IMG/VR virus record: IMGVR_UViG_3300012204_000007
Coordinates: 56,831 to 120,830 of that record
DNA length: 64,000 bases
DNA from: a virus
Reading direction: 5' to 3' (one strand)
Shown here piece after piece: positions 26,101-37,500 of this stretch. The notes beneath the pieces were generated by a model. It had not been told where the DNA came from. It did no database searches and saw only the letters and a program-made list of their open reading frames with translations. Each line of letters starts with the position of its first letter. Within the stretch, counting starts at the first letter, position 1. The position numbers and the translations under genes are program-made.

Positions 26101-29100
26101 GAGCAAGCGAGGATTGATATTCAAGGAATGCTTACCGCCGCCGGTATGTCATCTATTGATGCAGCCAGAATTGCAGAAGAAACATATAAGCGTCTTGGAG
26201 ATATTGCGAAGATGGATTGGATTAAGCCGATTCAAGACCAAGTTATTGCACTTAACAATGTTCTTAGTAGTCCGCTATCAACAGTAGAGCATCGTAAGAC
26301 ACGCAGCCCTATAACTGCATTTGCTACTGAGATTGATTCTAATCAGGTTAAGTTGCTAGAACAGCAGGCAGATAAGTCTGCTGAAATCTTTAACCAGGCA
26401 ATTGCAAACGCAACCTCACCGCAGCAAGCAAGAAAGTACATAGACGAATACATGAATGCTGCGTTACAAGAGTGGGACAGAGGGTTCATTACTATCTCAC
26501 AATCTACTGAGACCGGAGCCGACAAAGCCCGTGAGATACTTAAGAAGTATGGTATCACTTCTGGCAAGGAGTTTGCTAAAGCATGGGCAGAGAATGCAGA
26601 CTTTAAGAGTGAATTATCTGGTTTGGCGGGCAACGTAAGTACAGCCGAAATTGGTGCACAGGTCGATGCGGCCACAAAGTCTGCCGAGGTATGGGAGCGC
26701 ACGGTTGTAGGAAGAATGACAAGTGCTAACGGAAACCTAGAAGATTCTATCTTGACTGTTGTCGGAGCGCTGGCTGGTTTCAATGAAGCGGCTATCGGCG
26801 TGACCTCAAAAGATGCCGCCAAGAACCTAATGGCAACCAATGCTGAATATCTAAAGTACGCAGACACGCTTGCGCAGATTAATCACCTTACTTCATTGGG
26901 CGTAGACCCAAATTCTAGCGCTATGCTTGAGTTGGAGAATCAACTAACCAGCGCCGGTAAGGCTGCCACCGAGCAGATTAATGAGTTGAATAGACGTTTT
27001 GGTTTTGTGGAAGGCAGAAACGCTACGGAGGCTCTAAATAACCTTATGAATCAGGTTACAAAGAGCACCAAGCATACCGATGATGAAGTAAAGAATGTCA
27101 ATAAGCATCTCAATGCAATGCCTACCCATATTAACGTGCAAATTAAAATTGACCAAATCGGCGGTATTGTACAGTCTGCCATGCAAGGGGTACAAGAAGA
27201 TATGGCTACATCCGCTATGGATAGTTTCAACAGCGGTTGGGACTCTCGCATGAATGCTATGCAAAGCGCACAGGACCGCGCATCCCAGGCTCTAGATAAC
27301 AGGCAGCAGTCGGCACAGGATGCATTTGATGCACGCTGGGAGAGGCGCAAGGAAATGATTGATAAGGCGTACCAGCAGCGTATCGATGCGGTACAGCGTG
27401 AAATCAATGCAGAGCAAAGAGCAGACGAGATTCGCCAGCGTATTTACGAGAAGGAAAAGGCTCGCCTACAGGCTATTGCTGATGCACAGAACACTAATAT
27501 TGACTTTAATACTGCTCTTACTGAGGGCCGTCTAGATGATGCTGCCAAGTTACTTAATAATGCTGGCGTCTCTGCCGCAAATGCGCAGATGGACGCCGAG
27601 GCCGAGGCAGCACAGAACCGTTCACAGGCTCGCATCAATGCTCTTGAGAAGAAGAACGATAGGCTTGAGAAGCAGCGTGATAAAGAAATCAAGCAATTGG
27701 AGAAGATGGAAGAGCGTATGCGCAAGCATCTTGAGCGCATTCAGAATGCGCGTTCCAATGCTTTACAAAAGCAGCAAGAGGACCAGATGGCTTCATTACA
27801 GCGCCAGAGAGACTTCGAAAAGGCTATGCTTGACCAGCGTCTAGAACTATTCAAGTCTTATACTGCACGCAACCAGAAAGACCTTAAGCGCTGGATGGAT
27901 GAGGTCGGACTTTCATATGATGACTTCGGTAAAGATGTTAAGGCAAAGGGCGAATCTTGGAGCACCTACTTCCAGAAGAGTTTGTCTGCACATATCCGTC
28001 AGGCTGGTACAGAAGTAATGAATGATAACATCTGGGAGAATGTTGGTAAGGGAATTGCTGCCAAGTTGCTTAAGGGCCTTGGTTTCACCGGTCTTGCAGA
28101 TTTCCGTAACTTTGTACGAACGGGAACGATGAAGGCCCCCGAGGATTTGGGCGGTAAGAAGCCACCAGAGGTTCGTCACACGGGTGGTATCGTTGGTGGC
28201 ATCGGCGGTCGTAATCGTGGTAATATTCCAAATACTTATAAGGGCATGCATCGCTCTGAGAGAATGGTTCGCGCACAAAAGGGTGAATATATTGTTAATA
28301 AGAACTCATCCGCCAAGCATGCAGAAATTCTAAAGTCTATTAACGATGGTTCGTTTGACCCATCACGAGGCATCCTAGGTGGTGCTATAGATTATGAATT
28401 TAATCCAAATGAAGGATTCGGTGGTCCAGGCGCATTGATTGCAGCAGCCGCAGCGGCCATGTTTGCAAAGGGTGTCGCTGGGGCTTTCCAAAATGCATAC
28501 GCAGTAGGTGCAGATAAAGCAGCCAAGAATGCTGTCGGCGGTATATTCTCCGGAGCGCCAGGAACCTATGCTGGTCTTACTCTTGACGCAGAGCAGATTA
28601 AGAATGCAGCCATAATTGCTAGCGTTGGTTCTGGGATGGGAATGAGCACGCGCGACCTAGAGATTGGTATTATGACTTCTATCACTGAGTCTATGCTTAG
28701 AAACCTATCTGGTGGAGACAGAGATTCAGCAGGTCTGTTCCAGCAACGACCTTCACAGGGATGGGGCTCGTTCGAGCAGGTTACAAATCCTAAGTATGCA
28801 GCCACTACATTCTTTAGTCGTCTAAGAAATCTTGATGGTCGCGGAGACATGTCTCCATGGATGGCTGCGCAGTCTGTACAGCGCTCTGCGTTTTCCGATG
28901 GGTCTAACTACGCCAAGTACTGGGCAGCAGCCCGCGCGATTTTCACAGGCGGTCTCACGAAGGCTCCTGGTGGTGGTAAGGGTTATGTCCCTGGTGGTGG
29001 TGGTAAGCATTGGCCAACCACACGTTCTCCATACGGAGCAATACACGATGCATATACAGGATTCCCCGCTGTAGACTTTAGTGTTGCAACAGGCAACCCA

Positions 29101-29622
29101 GCATATGCTGTTGCAGACGGTACTATTACGCGCTCACAAGACTTGGTCGGTAATGATGGTCGAGTTTCAAATGGAGGATACTATTCATATGGTCGTGTTA
29201 TTCAACTGCGTACCGACCAGGGGCCAGAAGTTCTTTATGCCCACCTTAACAGTCGCAGCGTTACCGCTGGTCAGCGAGTAAAGGGAGGTGCCATAATCGG
29301 TAGAACTGGTAACACAGGACACTCGTTTGGCTCACACCTTCACTTTGGAGCGACAAATGGACCGCTTGCATGGCTACGAAGGGGAGGCACAATTAGATAT
29401 GACAACACCCCAGCCATGCTTCACAAGGGAGAGACTGTATTAACTGACAATCTTACCAAGCAATTCAAGAACAATGTTGCATCAGGGGGCAATGACCGGT
29501 ATGATTTTACTATTGACCTTCGCGGAGCATATATCAAGGAAGATGTTGATATTGAGAAGGCCGTAGATGCCGCAATTGCTAAAAAAGAGAATAGACTTGG
29601 ACGAAAGAGGATTGTTAACTAA
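23146..29622 (+). CDS. tape measure protein with C-terminal lysozyme-like and M23 peptidase domains
   Basis: 2158 aa, Ala-rich helical; TESMLRNL..GDRDSAGLFQQRPSQGWG; YAHL and HLHF. Confidence 0.93.
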   Translation: MQNVDIRFRASSSFSKVQADLAALEAQAASLGAVFDRNARVRAPALVDPQSWQRATTAIDRASNAYRNAISSSGVMTTQQIRATSETERYTKALQSQKLSMQDMWKHRGIMKEVYRDQLRYQRMTAQYWGTDVQGRAITDIAVPKSVPKDLDTMRRKLGMFGNVVSSASTQVINLGKNMQWAGRQLTVGFTYPMVLFGAAAGMMAYKVEDSFGQINKVYDYSSAALRNQNVLLNEQTALREKSMAMAETIAKRYGLTVEKTLAVEQELAATGLKNQQLLAATAEVQRISAIGDIDPSQTTKMIIALQTAFKLKGQELTDTLNFMNAASNATSLSLQDIAEATPRAASGLAQLGVNAQQMTIMLVSMREAGVDAAQGANALKSATTRILNPAIVQKATDAYKKFGASIDVQKIVDRSKGNLFDFLKILGQAVNAQKDLNQQQKATAIAALFGTYQFNRLNAALVDIGDAYSGVNNQSAKAIALQKESSESLAHMAEVSEKAMTETPAARLRKAWAGLQIELAELGKPFLAAGARILEAASKFAGFFNQMSGWQKKVALGIAAVMALAGPIIMLGGLFLNLAGQFGKGIGAIAKFIGISKLFTKEEKAAILTAEAQNAAMQKQESVTVTLAEEIKILSAAYEQATLSMREFAEMQGITATRTAATTGFIGPQTQTIAGRQLSSQEQSYYAATSSRSTVGRGGSISNENRLMMARNRLAYDYMRANNQVARDASVTERRIANEARIRQGMSRTISGQNIMMGAMAVSAGAMMISENQTVDSIAKWTMIGALVVPALMGAAKWMSAIAVSARAAAAAQLVSMRAMAGGSAVSALGTAMSAARAGAIGFGAALNAALGPIGWIALGLTAVVGTFMVIKDHNDKIKEQQEELLKKQIAANEAIRTSTASIATNMGKAAGSYQQMANIGGASSGVTGPQSQLLQSYNYYKSEEGQKETAALQSNGKLIDTDQLMDKVRTKFIDLQVLGSDTAEQARIDIQGMLTAAGMSSIDAARIAEETYKRLGDIAKMDWIKPIQDQVIALNNVLSSPLSTVEHRKTRSPITAFATEIDSNQVKLLEQQADKSAEIFNQAIANATSPQQARKYIDEYMNAALQEWDRGFITISQSTETGADKAREILKKYGITSGKEFAKAWAENADFKSELSGLAGNVSTAEIGAQVDAATKSAEVWERTVVGRMTSANGNLEDSILTVVGALAGFNEAAIGVTSKDAAKNLMATNAEYLKYADTLAQINHLTSLGVDPNSSAMLELENQLTSAGKAATEQINELNRRFGFVEGRNATEALNNLMNQVTKSTKHTDDEVKNVNKHLNAMPTHINVQIKIDQIGGIVQSAMQGVQEDMATSAMDSFNSGWDSRMNAMQSAQDRASQALDNRQQSAQDAFDARWERRKEMIDKAYQQRIDAVQREINAEQRADEIRQRIYEKEKARLQAIADAQNTNIDFNTALTEGRLDDAAKLLNNAGVSAANAQMDAEAEAAQNRSQARINALEKKNDRLEKQRDKEIKQLEKMEERMRKHLERIQNARSNALQKQQEDQMASLQRQRDFEKAMLDQRLELFKSYTARNQKDLKRWMDEVGLSYDDFGKDVKAKGESWSTYFQKSLSAHIRQAGTEVMNDNIWENVGKGIAAKLLKGLGFTGLADFRNFVRTGTMKAPEDLGGKKPPEVRHTGGIVGGIGGRNRGNIPNTYKGMHRSERMVRAQKGEYIVNKNSSAKHAEILKSINDGSFDPSRGILGGAIDYEFNPNEGFGGPGALIAAAAAAMFAKGVAGAFQNAYAVGADKAAKNAVGGIFSGAPGTYAGLTLDAEQIKNAAIIASVGSGMGMSTRDLEIGIMTSITESMLRNLSGGDRDSAGLFQQRPSQGWGSFEQVTNPKYAATTFFSRLRNLDGRGDMSPWMAAQSVQRSAFSDGSNYAKYWAAARAIFTGGLTKAPGGGKGYVPGGGGKHWPTTRSPYGAIHDAYTGFPAVDFSVATGNPAYAVADGTITRSQDLVGNDGRVSNGGYYSYGRVIQLRTDQGPEVLYAHLNSRSVTAGQRVKGGAIIGRTGNTGHSFGSHLHFGATNGPLAWLRRGGTIRYDNTPAMLHKGETVLTDNLTKQFKNNVASGGNDRYDFTIDLRGAYIKEDVDIEKAVDAAIAKKENRLGRKRIVN

Positions 29623-30089
29623 TGGCTGGATGGAAAGATAACCCGATTATGACCTGGGCCGGTACAAAAGTGACCGAGCACGGTAGGGCTCCATTGTCAC
29701 AAAGTACAGAACGCATCGGTACTGATAAGCGTATGGCTGATGGTACCCTTCGTCGCCAATTTGTTTCAACTAAGCGCTCGTGGCAAGTTTCTTGGGAAAA
29801 CATTCCTAGCAGGAATAATATATCTGGTGCAATTACAACTGCCGATGGCGGTATGTCTGGTACAGACACTGAGGCATTCTACAATGCTAACCACGGTTCA
29901 TTTAGAATGATTCTAAGGCGCGGTAGCGCAATTAATATAGCAGACCCAAACCCAGCAGAGTCAGCGCTCCCATATGAAGATACTAACTTCTACGTTGTGA
30001 ATGTAATGATAACAGACTTTAGCAAGGAGGTTCGCAAGCGCGGCAAGGTGGACCTTTGGGGTATGTCTGTTACGCTTGAAGAGGTATAG
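29622..30089 (+). CDS. distal tail (Dit-like) minor tail protein
   Basis: Follows the TMP; RMADGTLRR and C-terminal SVTLEEV. Confidence 0.7.
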   Translation: MAGWKDNPIMTWAGTKVTEHGRAPLSQSTERIGTDKRMADGTLRRQFVSTKRSWQVSWENIPSRNNISGAITTADGGMSGTDTEAFYNANHGSFRMILRRGSAINIADPNPAESALPYEDTNFYVVNVMITDFSKEVRKRGKVDLWGMSVTLEEV

Positions 30090-33000
30090 TGAAAACTAAT
30101 AGCACAGTAAGAACCTCTATTACAAATAACTTAAGCGTTGATATTGGGACGGTCCTAAATGCCGAATGGCAGATGAACCGTTTCTATAGGACGGCGGTAG
30201 ACAATACTCCGACCGAGGATAGCGAGGGCTATGATATTGAGTACTTTCCAATTGAGTCTATTACAAAAGCGAACCGCCCCAAGGCCGGTATTATCAAGGC
30301 TGTTGTAGGACAGGCTGTTGTTGATACAGAATATCATGATGCCGTACCGCCAGCCCGCTACTATGTAGTAAGCCATAGCGACGTATACAAGTATTGGCAG
30401 TCACCCTACAGTGCAGCACCAAGCACATTCCTGCTTACTACCTGCAAGCCTCAGGTCACCTATGTTGAAGAGAACCAAGTTTCGGGAGCAGATGTACCTC
30501 GTACTGTAAACGCAAATAAGATTTACTTTACTATTGAAAATACGTATGCGTATCCAACTGAGATAGACGTTCAGATTAAGACAACTACAGGCGGAGCATG
30601 GACTACTGTCGCTAGTGAAGTAGATTTTACAATTGGTCCGGGCGGTAAAGTAGAACTATGGTACACGGGCTCAGGTTGGACAAGCACCAAGAACCTAGCC
30701 AACTCAACTACGATATCTGCCGTACGCCTGCTTGTTAATAAGATGAACAAGGAGGCTTACTTCAATCTTATTGAGTTGGGTGTGTCTTTAGAGTTGGACT
30801 TGTCACCTGACATGGTTTCTTGGAATGATACATTCTCTATGGGAGAGTCAGACTTCATTACTCCGCTTGGTCAGATTTCATCTAACTCTGGTCAAGTAGA
30901 GTTGTTCAACGATGCCGGTAAATACTCAAATACTAACTCTGGCAGCATCCTATATGGCTTACTAGACAAGGGAGTTATCTTCCGATGCTGGACCAAGTAC
31001 GGCGCGCAGTTAGTTCAGGAATTTGAAATGTTCTCAGATACTTGGGAGGGTACCGACGACTCGGCAACAGTTGTGCTGACAGATGGAACTAAGTTCTTTA
31101 TGGATGAAAAGCCTGGCGCGGTAATGTATACAAACATTTCAGTCCAAGAGGCGATTTGGCGTATATGTGACGTTATCGGTTTTAACAATTATAAAGTCAC
31201 AGCCATCGACTCGACGCCGCATTCTATGATAGATATTTTCTGGACTGACGAAGAGAAGACCGCATGGGAAATCTTTGGTGAACTAGCGAGAGCAACCCAA
31301 ACCGCTATCTACTTTGATTCGTTCGGGGTATTGCAGGTAAAGACTCGTGGCGTTGCATGGGATGATACCAGAACTGTAGATTATGATTTTATTAGAAACA
31401 GCGTGGCAGGCGGCCAGCCCTCAAATATTGTATCTCTAACAGAAGAAACACAATATGAAGCAAACAAGGTCACCATCAACTGGCAGCCAACAGGTTTCTC
31501 AGAAAGAGTAGATAATATTGTCCCGTTTGAGGTCGTATGGGAACCAGATAACGCTGTTGTATTGCGCGCGACCGAACTAGGAAAGAACTTCCTAATTGGA
31601 GATATGACTTTGAACCTTCCTCTCAAGGAGGGTTCTACCTGGCCATGGAACGGTTATGCAAATATTGAGGGTGAGTTCATACAGTTTGATGCCAAGCGAT
31701 ATATTTATTATAATGCATCAGGAGTTAGAACTTCGCAGTGGGTAGTAGATTATGAAACTCAAAAGAGATTTGATGAGACCACATCTGCATCAAACATACA
31801 TCTAAACCATTATACCGGTGAGTTACGTGTGAAAGAGCGCGGCCTGTGGAACACAGAAGAAAAGAACCACCGTGTCGATATGAATGGTTGGACCAGCCGT
31901 CGTAAAAGGAATTATGGAACGGCCAACTCACCATGCTCTGGTGTTCGACTACATGCTGCCGAGTCTCTAGTTAGAGTCTCTGGACCTAAAACCTTAGATA
32001 TGGATGATTACACATATCTAACACATGGCGCGGCGGTAGACCAAGGATATTACTACCTTGGAACGTCTATGCGTATTGATAAGACTGCTCATAAGGATAA
32101 ATGCGGCGGTATCTTTTTCCATGGCGCCGATGGTTACGGTACTGGATACTTCCTTGAAATTATGACTACCTCTCGCATGAGTGCAAAGATGCGTCAGTAC
32201 AGAAACGAAGTATTATTCTACTCAATGAAGTCAGACGGTACCAAGAAGCACTATGGTGGCATGGAGGTTGTTCTAAAGGACAAGTCGAAGACAAATAATA
32301 ATGGTGCTACTACCAATCTTGACGTTGGTGCGCGTATGGCTATTATCGAAGATAGATTCATAGATTTTGATATCTGGTTCGAAGTGCTTGGGAATAATGA
32401 CCATCGTATACAGATTTGGGCCAACGGACATTACTTGTTTGAGGCTATAGTTCCTTCTGGTTCTGGTTGGCAGCACGCGCGCTCCGGGTTGGTCGGGCTA
32501 TATGCACGTGGACAGTCAAGCCTTTCATTTGATTATTTTTATGGAATTAATAATCTTGGTGTCGACCCTATCGATGCTGAGCCATATTTTGACCGTATTG
32601 ATGGGGCATACCGTGGCGACCAATCTCTGGGAGATTGGGATTATGAAGTCCGAAAGGTACGTCGAAAGATTCGCAATAAATGGACTAAGGTCAAGTCTAA
32701 GTACAACCAGAGATTTATGGAAGAGTTCGGGCCGGTAGTTCATGAAATGCGTAGATTTGATGTTAAGTTTACTACAGAGACACCAGTTCTAGAATCTAAA
32801 CTATACTTCTCTAATACAACTCAGGCTCTATGTAGTGAGTTTAGTGGAAGCATTAGCGGCGCCGAGTTCGTCATGACAAACAAACACCGCCAGAATGCTA
32901 TTATATCCGGTGATGATGAACGCACTACTATGGGTAATGGAACTATTAATCATAAACTGTTTGTTTATGGTCGCCCAGTCATCCAGAAAGATGCTCGTCA

Positions 33001-33310
33001 GATTACAAAAACTGATGACTGGTCACAGCGTCGACGTGGTGTGATAGATATTGAATATAATTCACAGTGGATTCAGAACGAACAAGAGGCCAATAGATTC
33101 GCAGATTGGCTGACAACGCATTGGTCTCGTAGCGACACCACATTGAATGTTGAAGTATTTGGTAATCCTCTGATAGAGATTGCCGATGTAGTCAATGTTA
33201 CCTACCGCCACATTAACAGTAAGTTCTATGTGATTGGGATAAACAATACCTGGGACAATGGCCTACAGACCCAACTGACACTGCGTAAAGTATCTACAGC
33301 ACTAGTGTAG
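30089..33310 (+). CDS. tail tip/baseplate hub (Tal-like) protein
   Basis: 1073 aa; AIYFDSFGVL and C-terminal GNPLIEIADVV hub motif. Confidence 0.75.
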   Translation: MKTNSTVRTSITNNLSVDIGTVLNAEWQMNRFYRTAVDNTPTEDSEGYDIEYFPIESITKANRPKAGIIKAVVGQAVVDTEYHDAVPPARYYVVSHSDVYKYWQSPYSAAPSTFLLTTCKPQVTYVEENQVSGADVPRTVNANKIYFTIENTYAYPTEIDVQIKTTTGGAWTTVASEVDFTIGPGGKVELWYTGSGWTSTKNLANSTTISAVRLLVNKMNKEAYFNLIELGVSLELDLSPDMVSWNDTFSMGESDFITPLGQISSNSGQVELFNDAGKYSNTNSGSILYGLLDKGVIFRCWTKYGAQLVQEFEMFSDTWEGTDDSATVVLTDGTKFFMDEKPGAVMYTNISVQEAIWRICDVIGFNNYKVTAIDSTPHSMIDIFWTDEEKTAWEIFGELARATQTAIYFDSFGVLQVKTRGVAWDDTRTVDYDFIRNSVAGGQPSNIVSLTEETQYEANKVTINWQPTGFSERVDNIVPFEVVWEPDNAVVLRATELGKNFLIGDMTLNLPLKEGSTWPWNGYANIEGEFIQFDAKRYIYYNASGVRTSQWVVDYETQKRFDETTSASNIHLNHYTGELRVKERGLWNTEEKNHRVDMNGWTSRRKRNYGTANSPCSGVRLHAAESLVRVSGPKTLDMDDYTYLTHGAAVDQGYYYLGTSMRIDKTAHKDKCGGIFFHGADGYGTGYFLEIMTTSRMSAKMRQYRNEVLFYSMKSDGTKKHYGGMEVVLKDKSKTNNNGATTNLDVGARMAIIEDRFIDFDIWFEVLGNNDHRIQIWANGHYLFEAIVPSGSGWQHARSGLVGLYARGQSSLSFDYFYGINNLGVDPIDAEPYFDRIDGAYRGDQSLGDWDYEVRKVRRKIRNKWTKVKSKYNQRFMEEFGPVVHEMRRFDVKFTTETPVLESKLYFSNTTQALCSEFSGSISGAEFVMTNKHRQNAIISGDDERTTMGNGTINHKLFVYGRPVIQKDARQITKTDDWSQRRRGVIDIEYNSQWIQNEQEANRFADWLTTHWSRSDTTLNVEVFGNPLIEIADVVNVTYRHINSKFYVIGINNTWDNGLQTQLTLRKVSTALV

Positions 33311-33345
33311 TTTGCAATATAGCCCTATTGCGCTATAATTAAATC

Positions 33346-33675
33346 ATGGCCACTGATATTTATAGAGACTTCGACCCGAACTTAACAATTCCAATCGGAT
33401 TGAAAAACACTCGTATCTCAATGCTACCAGATGTTCAGCAAGACCTAGCGGAGCCAGATGCAGATATTGATATTCAGGAAGATACTCTATCAGATGATGA
33501 TAGCCAACTCGATGAAGACGAAGTCGGAGACGAGTTGGATGTTCCTGGGTCATTTACAATAATATCTCAAACTGTTCGCACTGCGCCAGACGGTAATCAA
33601 GTTGTTGATATTGTTATTGATGTTGAAGAGGTTACCGGTGCAGTTAAATACGAAATTAGGATAGTGCCAGCATGA
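33346..33675 (+). CDS. minor tail protein (putative)
   Basis: Acidic 109-aa ORF in the tail module with its own promoter. Confidence 0.6.
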   Translation: MATDIYRDFDPNLTIPIGLKNTRISMLPDVQQDLAEPDADIDIQEDTLSDDDSQLDEDEVGDELDVPGSFTIISQTVRTAPDGNQVVDIVIDVEEVTGAVKYEIRIVPA

Positions 33676-34508
33676 TTACAGCAGCAGGTAAGACATTTAT
33701 AAAAAGATACCTAGCCGGACAGGCTGGCACTATGGTTGGTGCTATGTCCGTTGGTATTGGCGATACCGCCGCGACTCTTAATGACACTCGCATGCAATTT
33801 GAGTTTGCGCGCGTACCTGTTGCTGTTATTGACTATGATTTTGTAAACGACCAGTTGATTTTCAAAGGCACTCTTGATGAAGAGATTGAAGGTAAAATCT
33901 ATGAGGTCGGCATCTGGACGGCAGAAGTAAACTCAGCGGCCGGTAACCAAGAATCTAAATTGCTTACATCCTTTGATTCAGCAACAGAAGACTGGGGCGT
34001 AGAGACATTTGCTTCAACTAATACTCGTATCGGTGTAGACTCTATGCGTCACACGCCAGTCTTGTCTACTACCTCATCCAATATTCTAACAGGAATCACT
34101 TTAGACCTGATTGACTATTCATCATTGGATACTTTCGTACTTGCTTATTATGTGGCGAACTCATTCACAGCCAATATCAAGGTGCGTATTCGCACCGACT
34201 CTAGCAACTACTATGAGTTTACTGTGACCTCTCCTACTACTGGTTACAAGTTCTCCACCTTCACAAAGGGCTCAGCCACCGTAGTTGGTGCCCCATCATG
34301 GGCCAATATCAATGAAATTGAGATTAGAACAACCGCTACCGCAGGCGGTACCGCATCTGTTGATTATGACGGACTACGTATAGAAGATGTAGACTCTGTA
34401 GCACCAGAGTATGGTCTTGTTGCTCATTACATTCCAAGCGTGCCGGTAGTCAAATTGGAAGGAATCGTGCAGGATTTTGAATATGCCCTGCCGGTAACTA
34501 TTAGTTAA
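33672..34508 (+). CDS. minor tail protein (collar-fibre-like N-terminus)
   Basis: MITAAGK...VGIGDT...DTRMQFEFARVP...IYEVGIW. Confidence 0.65.
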   Translation: MITAAGKTFIKRYLAGQAGTMVGAMSVGIGDTAATLNDTRMQFEFARVPVAVIDYDFVNDQLIFKGTLDEEIEGKIYEVGIWTAEVNSAAGNQESKLLTSFDSATEDWGVETFASTNTRIGVDSMRHTPVLSTTSSNILTGITLDLIDYSSLDTFVLAYYVANSFTANIKVRIRTDSSNYYEFTVTSPTTGYKFSTFTKGSATVVGAPSWANINEIEIRTTATAGGTASVDYDGLRIEDVDSVAPEYGLVAHYIPSVPVVKLEGIVQDFEYALPVTIS

Positions 34509-34509
34509 T

Positions 34510-37500
34510 ATGTCAAGATTATCTTTACTAGGTCTAACACCTGGCACTAACTATAAGATACAACTTCGCGCTGTAGAAGGCGACCAAGTTTCTGAGTGGA
34601 GTCGTAGATTTGACCTTGCTACTTCTATAGATGTTACACCACCAGACGTTCCCGCGTGGGCGGTAAGCAACGACTGGGTGGTCAATGGTGACACATTTGT
34701 TGCTACCTGGCAGCCGCTTAACTTCACACTTATTCAGAATAAGGACTTTGACCATTATGAGATTGAGTTTGATGATACTGTTTCACAGACGGTAATCCAC
34801 ACAAATAACATCTCAGAAACATTAGACTTTGAGCATAACCGTCAGTACTTCGGTACCGCTAAAGCCGTAGTGAAGGCTCGTGTTCGTTCTGTGGATGCCG
34901 TTGGAAACGCCTCTGCGTGGAGCGCACAGAAAACTGCTACAAACCCAGCACCGTCGGCGCCAGCCTCTATCACTGTCACGTCGCTTTATGATTCTATAAA
35001 GGTCAACTGGGCGACGGTATCAGATACTGACCTTATTGGATACAAGGTACAGGTATCGACAACCTCGTCATCTTCTGGATTCTCTGACATTTACAACGGT
35101 CCAGATAATATGTTCATTCACGATACTATTATGTTTGTGACTGACCATTGGTTTAGAGTATACGCAGTAGATAAGTTTGGCAGTCTTTCTACCGCCACAA
35201 CGTCTGGTAGCGTGCGCCCAAAGACCTCTTTCGCAATTGATGGGGTTCCGCCTGCAACTCCTGCAACACTTACCGCTACCGGCGGTTTTGATACAACTAA
35301 TCAGCAGTCATATTTTGACTTGTCGTGGTCGAGCGTTGCCGATTCAGACCTAGATGTATATATCATCAGATATGGAACAAACGGTACTAACTGGGAGTAT
35401 GTCACTGTACCTCGTGAGAACACAACATACAGGCTCTCTGTAGACCCATCAAAGAGTTATTATATTGCTGTTACCGCAAGAGACCTCTCTGGCAACCTAC
35501 AGACTACATATCGTAATGCTTCTGTATATCCAGTTACCTCTACTGCTGACACATCTGCGCCATCGCAACCAGCAGCACCGACAGTAGCATCTAATACACT
35601 ACAGGCTCAGATAGTGGTATCTGGAAACAAGCAGGCCGGTGGTGCTATGGAGCCTGATGTTTCATTCTATGAAATATATGCAGGAACTAGCGCCGGGTTC
35701 ACTGCCAATAATGCATCGATGCTCGGACAGATTGCGACAGGTCCAGCGATGGTATCAACATTTGATATTCCAGCATCAGGAGCATCGGGCTCAAACCAAA
35801 CATGGTACTTCAAAATTATTGCTGTTGACCGCGCCGGTAATAAGTCTTCTGCATCACCAGAAGTCACTAGCAGCGTCAACCTAGTAGCCACCACAAACAT
35901 CGGTGACCTTGTTGTTACCAATGCTAAAATCAACGACCTTGCTGTAAACAAGTTGACCGCTGGCTCCGGTATCATTAACAACCTTATTGTCAAGAGCACA
36001 TTGACGCTAGGAGATGCGAGCACAGACGGTATCATTCAGTCATATGACTATGTGGCTGCTACGACTGGATTTAAGTTACAGAAGAACGCGCTAGAAATTA
36101 ACTCTGGAACTATTAGAGCAGCGGCATTGGCACTGCAAATAGGGCACAACTTGATGCCGCCACTATATGCCGACTTTGAGGCTCCTGCTTCCGCATATCC
36201 AGCCAACCTGTCTACCGGTTCGCTGACTACATCTGCTTTTACCAGCGCTCAAGTAAAGTTTAACACTCAGTCTCTACTGATTACTAGCACCGCAGGCGCT
36301 GCACGTACATGGTATTTTGGTTCTAGCAGCACGGATTACAACATTCCATTGCAACCAACTACACGCTACATAATCTCTGGATATCTTTATAATGCTACCG
36401 GTTCGATTGTTAACGGATTCTTTAGTATAAAGCAGCAAGATGCGACAATCATAAATGGTGGTCTTAGTGCATATGCAAATACTGCGGGATGGGTTAGATA
36501 TCAGAATGTAATAACTACAAACTCTGCTGCAACATCTGGCGTTTTGTCATTTACGTTAAACAGCAATGCGACTTTCTATATAGATGGTATACAGATAGAA
36601 GAATCCACGAATGCAACTAACACTACGCCTTCGCCATGGTCGCCACCAGGCTCTACAACTATTAATGGTGCTCTTATTAAAACTGGTGCTATCCAGTCCA
36701 CCGCGCTGGCATTGGATGTTAACGGAGCGACTATCGCCGGTATTCCAGCATGGAAGATTGATACCTTAGGAAACGCTGTATTTGGTGATGCATTAATTCG
36801 CGGTAGACTAATCATGGGTATCACTGGTGACTATGAAAATTCTATCAGCCCAATATATGAGGCAGATGGTACAACCATTAAGGCTTATTACGAAGATAAT
36901 ACAAAATTATCTGGTATTGGCTCTATTCAGTCTTATAATTATTCACCTGGTGCTGCTGGTTGGGCTATTCGTTCAAATGGATTCGCTGAGTTTCTACAAC
37001 TAAAGGCCAATAGTATTTCAGCAGACGCTATCTATGCTGTATCCCCAGACAAATTAACTCCCGGTACGATGACGGCCGACCTCATCATTGGTACTAATAT
37101 TAGGGCAATTGAAAAAGATACGCTGTATATTACATCCAAGGCACGCACATCAAACGTCGCAACCTTGACGTTATCAACATCACATAGCCGATTGGTTGGC
37201 GACCAGATTCAGGTCAAACTAGACCAGACTGTGGCGGTCGATACCACATTCGATACGCCCGGTAGTACATTTGTTTCTATCACTGCGGTTACCGATACCA
37301 CAATCTCATATTCTAATACTGGCTCCAATGTTTCTGTGACAGCGCATGCAGGAGACTCTTATGTGTATGTAGAAGGACGCTCGGTTATAGTGTCACCAGA
37401 GGGAATCACACTATTCAATAATGATGGTGTCGGTAGAGTTGTTGACCTACCAACAGACCCATTATTACCAGCATATTTTGCTGGCGATGTAGATGCTAAC

